Below are positions 12,430-23,731 of a stretch of DNA of 64,000 nucleotides, in pieces (the stretch's first letter is position 1; each line of letters opens with the position of its first letter). This DNA is from Eimeria praecox (taxonomy: Eukaryota): positions 2,356,001 to 2,420,000 of the forward strand of contig OY986950.1 in NCBI GenBank assembly GCA_963920595.1, given 5' to 3'. The position numbers and the translations under genes are program-made. Under the pieces are notes generated by a model, which was not told where the DNA came from, made no database searches, and saw only the letters and a program-made list of their open reading frames with translations.

Positions 12430-12880
12430 TGTGATCTACGCTCCTTTCTTTACATGTGGATCACTCGGCTATGCCGCCGAGAAACCGTGCCCTATGCTTT
12501 CATATTTTGGGATTAAGCTCCCCTGGGGCTTGGCAGGAAACTGTGCCTCACGAGCGTCCGTTCACCGCAAATATTTTTGTACGAATTGTTCGGATTAAAG
12601 GCTCCCATCTCACGTGGAAGGAAAAGACCTCCGTAACGGCCTGTGGCTACGTCAAGGACTAGGCTCCCACGGCGAAGTGAGGCCGGCGGCAGCCAAATAA
12701 AATGAAGCCAACCGGCAAGCACAGCCCTCCTTTTAATCAAAGGAGACCAACGGGCTGCTCGATCCCCAGGTCAGGATGCACTTTCGGGAATATTTAAGGC
12801 GATGCTCTGATGGACGCTGCACTACTTCCCCGGCAAAACCATGAATGTCCGGCTCTCCGCATTTCCAGGACAGGGCGCCG
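12430..12880 (-). mobile_element. Possible gag zinc-knuckle and aspartic protease relic of a gypsy element
   Basis: SWKCGEPDIH resembles the CxxCxxxGH knuckle. Downstream LVLDVATG (VxVANG) and frameshifted KYESIG / RRHSRVIHM resemble the protease C-terminal YDxILGxDWLxxHxPxIDW. Confidence 0.4.
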
Positions 12881-13377
12881 ACCGGTACCGCATTAGCAAA
12901 CTTCTTGGGATACCTCACCAGCTCAAAGATGCCTTGAGCCGCTTAGAGCAACCTGGCGACGGAAATGTCCTTAACACCTTTGCCGGTCAATGGCAATGGT
13001 AAACTTGATATTGAAAGGTGCAGAGCGAATCATCATCATCCGATGTCAAACTTACCATGACTTGAACGGATGATGCATGCAGCAGGAAGCATCCAGAGTT
13101 CCCAAAGGTACACAGCGTGCTTGAACGTGCATATTCGTAAGAAGCGGTTTCTCAATTTTTATTGGTTCGCACAGGCTGTTCTGCATCTCCACACTACTCC
13201 AATCCTGTGCACAAATAACAGCCTCACCTATTGTAGTTCATTAATCCAGTAACAGAAATCGCTGTGGAGCTTGTTGTCGGAAACGAAATGCCAAATCAGG
13301 CTCTATTCGCTTTTGGAAGATGTACCGGTCAACATTATCCCAGCAAGTGGTCACGAAGGCTACTTTAGCTGGACAAC

Positions 13378-16300
13378 CTACCCTGCAGCCAGTGTGCTGA
13401 GAAGTAGCAACGCATTTAGTATGGAATCCTCATCAGCACCTCCTGTACTGGCTGTGGGAGTTCTGCACTTCGTTCTTCCTCCTGCTGTTTTTAAAGGAGA
13501 AACTTCAGGGCAAACATCGAACTGCTGCCAGTTGCGTCTAGCTGTTGCGACCTTCCGAAGCTCTTCAGCTTTGTGAGGGCCTGAGCTGGAATTTCCCATG
13601 TTCCGAAGGATTCGTTCAGTCTCTAGTGGAGATTTCGTTGGAAAATATGAAATTCTAGAAGATTTATGTAAGGCGCTGAGCAACTTGGATTCGCGGCGTT
13701 TAGATCGGATTTCTTGTCGAACGGCGCTCCGCGTCCGAAGGGCAGTTTCTGCCACTAAATGCTCCACTTCCGTCCTTTTCTGCATGCGCGCAAGGATACG
13801 CCCTCAACAGAAAGCTTTTGAGGTAAGTTCTATTATGGCCAGCTACGGATTACTCTCACTCATGCCCTCCGCACTCCCTGACTGAGTATACCAGTCGTTG
13901 GCTTGTGGGAGGGAGCTGCTATAATGACAGTTTGAAGGAGCAGGCGCTGCTATCTATGCAGGCGCCATAGTGGTCAGTTTTAGAATGCAGTTGTAAAGAG
14001 TATTCGGTTGGCCGCTCAGAGCAGTACTGAGCACAGCAGCTGCTACAGAAGGAATACGAAGAGACGATTTCACGAATCGACTTGCTGCTTTACTGTACAC
14101 AGAGTATGGGGAAGACCAATGTGCCAGCCGAGCCCACCCAAAAGGTTGCTCTTGAAAACCGTTGGACCGCTGCTATGTCGTCACTCACGATGATGTTGTC
14201 TACAAGTGTCCCACTGTCCATTGCCATGAATGCCAGGCCCACTGCGTTGAAGCTAGGAAACTCTGTCACTATTTCCTGAACTCAGCATCAAGGAAAGCGA
14301 CAGTGAACTTAAAGATCTGGTTCGTTTGGCTAGATCACTGCAACGTGCTGATATGCTTCGATCCCTCAAATGTTGAAATCAATTGTAGTGATGGGTCAAG
14401 TACTGTAGCCCTCCGGTGCATCCACATTTACATGGACTGTCGAGCTTGGCCACGGAGGAATCATGTCTTCAAAGAGGGTTCCCTGTGAAGTGCCGCAGGA
14501 TTCAGAATAAATTGTTGCTGCAGGAAATAAAATCTCTCCGAAGCAGATTGTGACTCAAGGAATTCTAGAATTCGTCTTGTCTCCGGTGATCACCTTGCGA
14601 ACCATCCGTCCATCCAAAAGAATCGTGAAAGAACCCTCGGGTTTTATAATCAAGGTGAACAGGCGGCTTTTCTCACTAAATGGAAGAGGCAGACGAGGGT
14701 GCAACGAGTGCTGGATGCTGAGCAGCGCAGTATACGCATGCTGTTCGGCTTTCAGTGCAAGAATCCGCCTGCAGGTTGAAACCATGAATTTTTGACTAGC
14801 ACAGCAGGCGTAGTTTACATCTTCTTTGTTCTGGAGCAGGCTCTACTGATTTTGAAGATGATCTCTCGGCGGTATCCGCACTGGTCAGCTCCGAACCGCA
14901 ACGCATATGCTGTGCTTTCATCGAAGTGGCAGTGCGACGGAGCATCCGCTGTGAAGAACGTCAGGTGGCCTCCACCGCAACGAAAATCTGGTTGTTGCTG
15001 CTGTAGCTCATACTGCAGCACTAGGGGCCTTCTTGAAGACAACCTGACGGTAGTGGGCAACAAGGTGCTAATCGCATGCCGAAAACCCTGAACGTGGCAT
15101 GTGCGCATGCAACGTACGGGTGAGTACAAACCGAAGTGCAAGGGCAGCAGAATTTCCCACCCTTAAACGTATTTGCCTTTGAATGACGTGGCAGCGGCTT
15201 CCTTACGGGGGATGCTGTCATGATGCCATGATCCCCTTCGATTGCCTCTGGTAGTCTTAGTCGATGAAGCCAACGCCCTACCAAAGCACGAAATTTTTTT
15301 TCTAATGAGTCTCGATGTCTGCATCATAGACTCCTTGTCAAAAGGTGCTCTAAAATGAATGCATGAAGCAACTCAGCAAAAATAACGAAACACTTCATCA
15401 GAATGACGAGCTCCTATAGAATGCTGCCCAACGTGCGCTTCGAAAGTTTGTCATCCAGTACAACGGAGCTTTTCTAAACTGTCATATGAAGACTGTCGTG
15501 TATATACGCATCCCCAAAGTCACGAAAAAGCCTGAGCCTACCCGGATGGGTGTAACTCGCAGACATCACCCAGGAGTCAAACACATCAGGACTGTCAAAC
15601 GTCTCTGCGAACAGAAGCCCTTCCAAGGAAGGCGAGTCCTGAGACGCCCTTTGAATTTTCGCCAGTTCCTCTTTGACCCGGCTGTCCATATACTCTCGCT
15701 CCTGAACTGATAGGTGTAGGTCATAGCCAAAATCAATTGGTGGTTCCTCTGCTACCACTGGTGCCGACAACCGGTCAAGAAGCCGCTCCTCCGCAGGATC
15801 TGGAGGTGGATCTTCGTCTGCGTCCGCATTTCTGAATCTCCCGGCAGCAATCCACCTTGCAATCTGTTGCCTCTTTTTCCACTGTAGTAGTGCACTCCTT
15901 TCTTCAGGAACCACACTATCTTCTGCATCGTTGTCAGGTGACTCCACAAATGCTTCTGTCTCTGAGTCAAGTTTAGCATTTTCGTAATGGCCAAGAAGGG
16001 ACCTGGACTTAGTAGATTCGCGGGCATTTTCGTGTGCTGGCTTCCCTTCGCTCAACCAGCCGTGGGAAGGCAAGCCACTGTCTACACCGGCTAGCAACTT
16101 GCTGCCTGGCTTTCTTGGAAGGGCAGCGTTCTGATTTAGCCCTGCAGGACACATATGCTTTGGCTAACGCCTGCAGTGATGACTGTGCCCAAAGGCATAC
16201 AGGAGTTGTGTTGTAGTATGCCATATCTGTACCTAAAGTTAACTCTTAATGCTCGGTACAGTGCCGCTGCATGGCTTTCATCTCCAAACACTTCCACTTC

Positions 16301-16793
16301 AACCGTCTATTTGCTATTCACCTCCTCCGAGGCTCCAAACAGAGCATAGCAAAGATAGTTTTTGTTTGCTTCAACTGACAAGGGAAGGAGAGACTTCGTG
16401 GCTTGCAGTACCAGCTTCTTTCTTGATTGCTCTGAGGGCCTTCAGAGTAGTGTATCTACCCTGGTGCACTGCGCCCGCTAAATTCACAAAGGGATCTTCT
16501 CTCGTCTTGGCTGGCAGTTGCTTATTAGCAGTGTCTGCCCTTCTCTGAAATTTTCTACCAAAGCGTGCCGGCGGTATTGCCTGGGTTCCGCGCTCCTTCA
16601 GCACTTCAGTACTAGCCTCCTCCTTCCGTAGACTAATTTGGTCAATTCTCTCAGTCTTTTCTGAACTGCATATAGAGAGTATCTCAGTTTGTGAATGTCT
16701 CGGACAGATTCCGGAAGCAAAAACGTCGAGCAAGGAAGCAATTAAACTTGCTAGGAGACTGATCACAATAATTGGGGAGGCGGAAGGCGCCAT
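13378..16793 (-). CDS. Calnexin/calreticulin-family lectin-domain protein, multi-exon, with signal peptide, long N-terminal extension and no P-domain
   Basis: Signal-like MAPSASPIIVISLLASLIASLLDVFASG from ATG 16793. Spliced exons give LLFAETFD..SWVMS, GRW..EGDHGI, RHAIS, PLVLQYE..CGGG, FDESTAYALRFGADQCG, RLFTLIIKPEGSFTILLDG, GTLFED, NAVGLAFMAMDSGTLVDNIIVSDD..ATFWKR. These match the calnexin globular-domain motifs in order, with in-phase GT-AG junctions (e.g. 14593-14483, 14431-14276). The 5' exon linkage and exact 3' end are uncertain. Confidence 0.8.
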
Positions 16794-17479
16794 TGGTGCA
16801 GGAATGCGCGAAATGTTCCTGCAATATGTAAGCCGTGATAAGAGACGTGCGGTCCAAGGACACATCCAACGCTTTTCCCTCAGCTTGCTCTCCTGATGAC
16901 AGGACTTAGGAACGCAAGACTATATATTCCTGCTGGATGCCGTTGCTGTACCAAGATTTCGTGGGAGAGATACGGGGCTAATATTTTGGGACGAGGGAAC
17001 AAGTTCTCACTGGCTGGGAGGAGGTAAAAGCTGCCATAAACGCTCGATTCAGAGGCAAGGCCGGTTTGTTCCCCCACTGTCCTAGAAAAACTCTCACAAG
17101 GGCTAGGTTTGGGATATCCGCTGGAGGGTAGAAAGATCAGGACTGCAGTGGTAACTAGCAACTTCCCCTGCCAGCGCACGGTCAGTGCCTCGCACTTCAG
17201 AGCTAAGCAACAGCTTGCTGACCTCTACAACACACGATACAGATTTGGAATGCTTCTCCATGCCCTATTGGGTCCCTAGAATATGCTTTATTTTTGGCGA
17301 GAAGTTGGTGGTGAGAGTGTATGTGCGTAGCTGTATGTGCTGAAGTGTGTGCAGAGTAGGGTATACAGTGCAGCGGGTTGCAACTTCTTTGTGTGCTGGC
17401 ACAGGGAGCAACGCAGGGAGAAAAGGAGATTATACAAGAGACTAATGGCAACTAATTTAAGGCGTCTGATACTTTTTGA

Positions 17480-17800
17480 GCTTGAACAAAGTGCTGCGCA
17501 TGAATCAAATGCAAGAGCATGCGAACGTATAACTAAAGAAATAACGAAACGAAAATGCAGTCCAACAGTCCTCTTGCGGCGGCCCCAAGTGAGGCTCAAT
17601 GCACCTTTTAATTCCTAAACGTGGAGCAGCAGATGGTGGCTTCTGGATCTGGAGCGCAGAAGCGTTCATGACGCAAGTAGCTGCAAGGGGCAGGCAGCTG
17701 AAGAGAGTGGAAAGTGAGGGGCAGATCAGTAGATCTGGTCAAAAACGAGTGAGGTTTTAAATGATATTGCCAAAATGGAGGATATATGTGGGTTAAAACG
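17480..17800 (+). mobile_element. Possible integrase C-terminus plus chromodomain relic
   Basis: AAHESNARACERITKEITKRK..VLLRRP resembles the integrase C-terminal helix. Frameshifted EWKVR..GFK*Y / LPKWR resembles the chromodomain EVE..GxxxYLxKWxGY. Weak. Confidence 0.3.
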
Positions 17801-17892
17801 CGCTTTTGAGGCTTGTTTGTGAGGCAGTCCACTGAGACATCAACGGCCTAGGGTGCCGCCTGTAGTGCACAGGCACTACAATGGAACTCTGG

Positions 17893-17912
17893 TTAGGCCT
17901 CTAGAGGCCTAA
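17893..17912. repeat. 20-bp perfect palindrome TTAGGCCTCTAGAGGCCTAA
   Basis: Reads identically on both strands; an 8-bp-stem hairpin (TGTAGTGC-ACAG-GCACTACA, 17861-17880) lies just upstream. Confidence 0.9.
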
Positions 17913-18499
17913 TATCATGAAAACGAATGAACACTATAGAAGATTTCAGGGATTAGGACACTTTTAGATAGAAAGGGAGTTTGATAGGATCAGAGTGCTC
18001 GCCAGCCGGCACGAGCTTGGGGCCGGGTGTGAGGCTGTTGCTGTGACTCTGGTCCTGGCCCTCAGCGACGGTCGAGAATCAGTTCTATTATTCTGCGTTT
18101 TCCTTGGAGAACTATAATAGGAACTCGGTTATATATTTGGCTGTTAACGGTGTTTACTAGTGGTTTCAGCGAGAATCATAGGTTTAAGAGCGGGATCGTA
18201 GCGTGTGCGCCTATTCTGTCTAACCTAGGGAACTATCGTAGTAACAGTGTAGGCCAGCTGTTCACTACACCACCGACCCAGCGATCCTGAGCTGACAGTG
18301 GAGTACTGAAGACAGCACACTTTGAGACCAACTATAGGCAGGTTTTGCTACACCTGCAGCACCCCTTGTTGCAGCTTCTAGCGCAAGGCAAATCCACATG
18401 CGCTAACCCTAAACAAACATGCGAGCATACTCAAGCCCCTCTTTGCTGCTTACAGTCACGCTGTGGGCATATTTTTAACCCTCATTTGGCCGTCATTGG

Positions 18500-20630
18500 A
18501 CAGCTTACTAGCTAGCAGAAATGTATACACCGGTTTCAGGCAGATTGTGCTGCATTTCGCACCCACTTTTACTCAAAAGGCACGAGCCAGTAGGCGCCTG
18601 ACTGTTCACAGGGGATGGAGAGTGCAAAGGGAGGAAATGGAGAAGCGAGAGAGGGTTGACCGCCGAAGACGGGAAAATGGTAAAGCATAACAAAGGGAAA
18701 ACGATAACCGGTATCTGCAGATGCTGCATATTTTTTGCCGTTACTTCCTCCTACCTCGTGGCGATGAGGCAGCCTGAGCATGCGTTGGTTCATTACGGCG
18801 GCGTCTCCCTCGCACCTGGCGTGGGCATGGCCTTTTAGTGCTGCTACCGAAACCTAATTAGAAGTATACGGTGAACTGCCGTGACAAAGCAGCATCAATG
18901 AGGCAGAGTGTCCTGCCATACCTAGCGGGGGGTCCAACCCCAAAACATGAACACAAAGAGAACGGTGTGTAGGCACAATCACCGAGTTATCTATTGGTAC
19001 ATGGAGGAATGTGTATCACAACGGAAAATTAATTGGCCCCAGAGAGCATGAAGATGTAACAATAAGTTTACCTCTATGCACATGCGCGAGAAGCGGCCAG
19101 CCAGCCCAGCTTTTGCGCTGCAGACCACATTCCCGCGCACTCAGTCGTCGCGGAGTCGAAGAGCGTTTATAGATACTTGGGAGGAACTGCCTCGGGAAAG
19201 CGATCCTCACAGTTCACTCAGGTTATCGGTGACCTCGCCAATCGACGTAGCGTTTTGTCCTTTTTTGGTTTTTGGTCGTCGTTACACACCTGCGCAGTAG
19301 CCCAGTCTACCCCAGTTGTTGCTGTCCGCAGTTGAATTATCGCCTTGAGAAAATTGGCAGAGATTTCGGTGATTCCCCGTAGTATCGGGCGTGCGCAAGG
19401 TCTAGCTTCTCCGCCTCCTTAGAATTTTCCATGGCGTTACGGTCCCCAATTGCAAGTCTTAGTTTTTATGCAAAAGGAGCAAATGTGCGGCTCCGGATAC
19501 CCGCCTCGCTTTGGGAATGCAGGATTCTCCAGCTGTAATAAACTCCTGCGTATTATGTTTTCTTCTGGTTTGCGTTGGCAGCGTCAGACCCAGCATCCCT
19601 ATGCTGCATACCCGCGCCATTTAGTTTTCGAAGATAGCGAGGCCGTAATTAGCTGGGCAGCGGGGATGGCAAGAAGGAGTGACAAAATGGGCCTTCGTCG
19701 AGATGATAGAGTACCTACACGTCAAATAAGGGGGAAATATTTCACTTCCACTGTAGTGAATCTTCACTGCAGTCACGACTATACTGCAGGCACAACAGTA
19801 TTTGCTGTTGTCGTTGGGTGGCCCATTTCGCGGTATGGTGTACCTTGCTTTGCCGGAAATTGGGGGAGCCTCTGCCAGTTGCGTACAGGCTGCCTAGGGC
19901 CAACTGAATGCCTTCTACAATTCAGTGTGCAATGCTAACGCATGCAGGAGATTTAGCCCATGTAGTAGAAGGGGTATTGCCTGTACTTGAACTTGCAGCA
20001 AAATGGGGATTGGTTGTGCCAGCAGATGCAGGTACCTCGCACCAGTAGTTGCAGAAAAGTTCGTTGCAGCGCATGACAGGCGTTCCCCCCTCTTCGCCCA
20101 GACCCCTGCGCTGCTGCAGCCAGGACAGCTGGAGGCGCGAGGGGAAGCCAGGTGTTTTGGAGGGCGTTTAAGAAAACATTCGGGCCGGCAAGTGCTTTCT
20201 TAGGTTTGGAGTTGCTCAGGTTCACTTTTTATGAGTATAGAGTTTGCAGCTAGCGAATGGGAGACCGTGACCTGTAGCCGGCCCCTCACAAGAAAGCGTG
20301 CCATGGAGACGTGGGAAGGTACCCCGCTGAGGCATGCCGCCATTGTCACTCCTCTCATTGTAAGAAAGAGGGTACCCACATCAGCTGTAGCCCGTGCCGT
20401 GCACTTTCGAAGACTGTGGTACGCCTGGGCGAAAACAACGAATTCCTCTGCTGCCCTGAACTGAGCCAGTCATATCACGACGATTGGCAAAGGCGAAAAT
20501 GTTCTTTACGAATTATTATGGCTGGAAAAACACTTTAGGCTGAATGGGCTGCTGGTGTTTCAGGTTAGATGGTTGCGCATTCAACCTAGACTGTCTTCAT
20601 ACCCGAAAGCAAGTTGTGAAAGATGCTTTC
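18500..20630 (+). mobile_element. Degenerate chromovirus-type Ty3/gypsy relic with gag, RT-connection/RH, integrase and chromodomain remnants in order
   Basis: Gag-like FRQIVLHFAP..ARA; INWP; RRAF..DP..FGRRYTPAQ (SRxLTPAQ); IIALRK. Integrase RGKYFTSTVVN..YTAGTT..WPISRYGVP. Chromodomain GENVLYELLWLEKHFRLNGLLVFQVRW at 20490-20575. Confidence 0.6.
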
Positions 20631-21379
20631 TCCTTCCTTGCTCGGATACGGCGAAGAGCCCATCCGTCGTCGCCTTCCTGCTACTCTTTCACATTCAGTA
20701 CATTGTTGCGTCAAAATCGGCTACAGCAGACGCACCCTTTTGGTGAGATCTCGTGCGCGAGGCACTGAAAGAAGATGCAGAGGGCTAGTGAGGCGATGAG
20801 AAACGCTAAACAGCCAGCTTGGGCTCTGGGTTGGAGGCAGTCAGGCATAATCCAACAGATGGCAGCGTCGCAAAGCCAGCTTTTCAGCTAGTGACATTAT
20901 CGAAGTATCTGAATAAACGTTCGTTCTATGTTCGATTCCTGCCGGGGTAGCATATTTATGAGGCAGAACTAACGCGTTTCACGATTTCCTAGATTCCGCT
21001 CTTTTCCCCCACTGGCTGCTAAAATGGTCAGTCAATTTGTGGCTTTTGTATCTCAGTGCTAGCAATAGTTGACACCAAGGGACCAAAACGTGGCTGGCAT
21101 AAGCATGTGCTCAGCCAGAGGGCTGACACCTCTAGTTGAAAATTCCTGAGCTAAAAGGCTGGTTGGGCACGCCTTCAAAGTTCGCATTCGTTCTGAAAAT
21201 CGAAACCTAGCAAGTCTTTCCCCTTGTGAACAACACCATATTCCTGTCTTCATTGAACTTGCTCGACCATCCAAAGTTGGCAACTAGATATGCAAGCTCC
21301 AAGTTCACACACAGCGTACTACGCCTGCCACTCCCATACCCAACCAGCACATGCTCTTTTGTGCAACGCAGTACGTTCA

Positions 21380-22170
21380 TATGTGAGCTTCAAATTTACG
21401 CTAAGGAGGAAGGAGAAGGTAGCTAGAGGGCAAAAGGTCCTGAAGACACGGGACGAGGAAGAAATTAAGAGGGCGAGCGGGCTTCTGCCGATGCCGCTTA
21501 TTGCTGCTACTGCCGATGCGCAAGACGTTTTGCAGTTTTTACGCATTAACTTCTGTACCTATGGTGTATATCGCAACCCCACAGCTCAGCGTCCCGCATC
21601 GCATTTCACCAGGGACCGAGCGCTTTCTGCAAAATTTTCCTGTAAAGTTAGCTTTGCAAATTACAATTATTTTGCTTATGGGATTTTACCGCCAATGAAG
21701 GAGCGTAGATCCCTCGACTCGTCGCCCCAGAATTTTGCACAACGCATTCTGTTGCATAGCCTGTATGGTGTTGGCATTCGTATCCCTACTGGCATGCACG
21801 CTCACTATGGAGAATAAAGTAAGTGCTTAACAGCAGTCTACAAAACAGCGTACAATGCGAGCACATGCAGCAATAGAAGTATTGGGATGCACTGCTGCCC
21901 CGGAGTACAAGCTACAGCAAGATGCGTTGCAGTCAATAACAGGCTGGCCCGTGCCCCCATCAGCCCCAGATCCTAAGGCAGGTGTGCCCAGAATGCCTGG
22001 AGATTGGAGGGGAAGGGCCACCTGCGTTTTGCTAACACTTTCTTAAAATCGTTGATTATTCTGTAGCTAAATACGGTCCTTGGCTAAGATTGAGGAGCCT
22101 CATTACACAGTCATTTGGGCCCTCAAAGAGTTGTTGGCCTGGGCCAAGCAACTCATTGTGGCGCGTTTGC
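21380..22170 (+). mobile_element. Degenerate Ty3/gypsy reverse transcriptase (plus RNase H fragment)
   Basis: ORFs 21290-21817 and 21855-22046 follow gypsy RT block spacing: EIKRAS..PMPLI (IRPSxSPxxSP), LRINF (LCIDY), SAKFSCKVSF (GAKYFSKLDL), LDSSPQNFAQR (LxNSPxxFQR), YGVGI (YLDDI), NASTC, IEVLG..QSITGWPVPPS (FLG..AIxxWPxP). VIWALKE follows as an RNase H remnant. Confidence 0.65.
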
Positions 22171-23731
22171 GCTCAACTGACACCTGAGACGGAAGAGCAG
22201 TCGGGCTGCTTTATGTCAGTCAGAAAGCTTAAATGCACCACTGAATTAATGGGTTCTTGTTATGCAGTGTGATTTAAGTACCTGCTATGGCAATTAAGCT
22301 CCTTGTCTATACCTCACGCGCAACTACCCTCCTAGCGCACACAAACATTCTCTCTGATAGTTAAAGTCCATATATCCGTCTTTCAGTAGGACACAGCTGC
22401 TCGCACATTCGCAAGACTTTGGCCTCTTTCAGCCTGCTAGCGTCAAAAGGCTATTATCCTTGTAGATAACTCCTATACCCTGCACTGTACAAATTCCCTC
22501 TGGGTTCCGCTAATCTCCTAAGTTGAATTTTAAACTAGCTATGCCGCATCAATAACAATTCCGGGATAATATAGCTGATTCTACCGCTTGTATACGAATA
22601 AAACTCTGGAGCTCGACATAATGGTCTTGTAAAGGGTTTGACCACTATATATCAATCAAATGGAAGGACCAGTGGAAGCCATGTAAGACGCTCAGCAGCG
22701 GGTTGCATCGGCCAGCTTTGGGGCCTCAGCCAACACTTGTACAGCCAAATGCTAGGCAACTAAGTCGAGAAACAAAAGCAACGGGCTCCTGCCCTCCAAG
22801 CTTTTTGAATTGCTTGACGTAAGTACAGGCTAGAGGCTACTCTTCCACGAAGCATGCCAGCCGAGTACGATACTATACTGAGAGCATTGGGGCGATAACA
22901 GCTCCTCAGACGTGCTGCCCGCTAAGCCGAGCCAAGCAGTGCCCATAGCCTGCGGCGGGACCATGGCGACTGTCAAGTCCCGATAACGCGAGTATGAAGC
23001 TATACAGGTTTCTTACGGCCGTCTTGTAGCTCTTTAATGCTCTTTGGGAGGGGCTTTTTTGTTCGCCCTCGCGCACATTGCCCCTGTTTGAACTTCAAAC
23101 CTTTTTGACGCTCAAATTTGCCAAACGCCTCAAATCATATAATCAAACAGGCTTGCCGCATTTCAGCTTGGAGTACCCAACTATTCACAGATGTATAAAA
23201 ATTGCCTGTGCCCAACGCAGTGCTGGGCGCATGCCATCAGTCCGACGCAAATCAGTTGGCAACCACCGAAATTTAATTATTTCTAGATACAAAACGCGAA
23301 GTGTGTATTTAGAGATATGCTGCGCGCGCCCACCGTAACGCTGGCATTGAAAATCTTTGCTTGCCTCCCGATAGCCCCATCGTTTTGCAGTCACATCCTA
23401 ACTAAGAAGTTTGTGCTCTCAAGCGAATGGCGTGATAAGAAGGAGAAAATATATCTTGAGGATTTATATCTGCATTTGGTTAATGGGATCAAGCCGCACT
23501 GCTGAGCGGGCAAACGCACGTGTAAGCTCACGTCGAGCAATTGTATCAGGCTCCACCCGTCCATCAGCCGGTCACTAATTTGCCCCGGTGAACAAATTTA
23601 TTCGGAACGGTCAGAGGCAGACAAAAACCGCATTCGCCATGGGACGATTATGCCCCTATTCGATTTGGCACTCATCACGAGGTGAACATGATGGAGAAAC
23701 CATCTTTGCTCCAGGCTGTATCTATTCACCC

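Noticed and set aside
20925..20955. GTTCGATTCC tRNA-like motif
   Set aside because: No flanking stem or cloverleaf.
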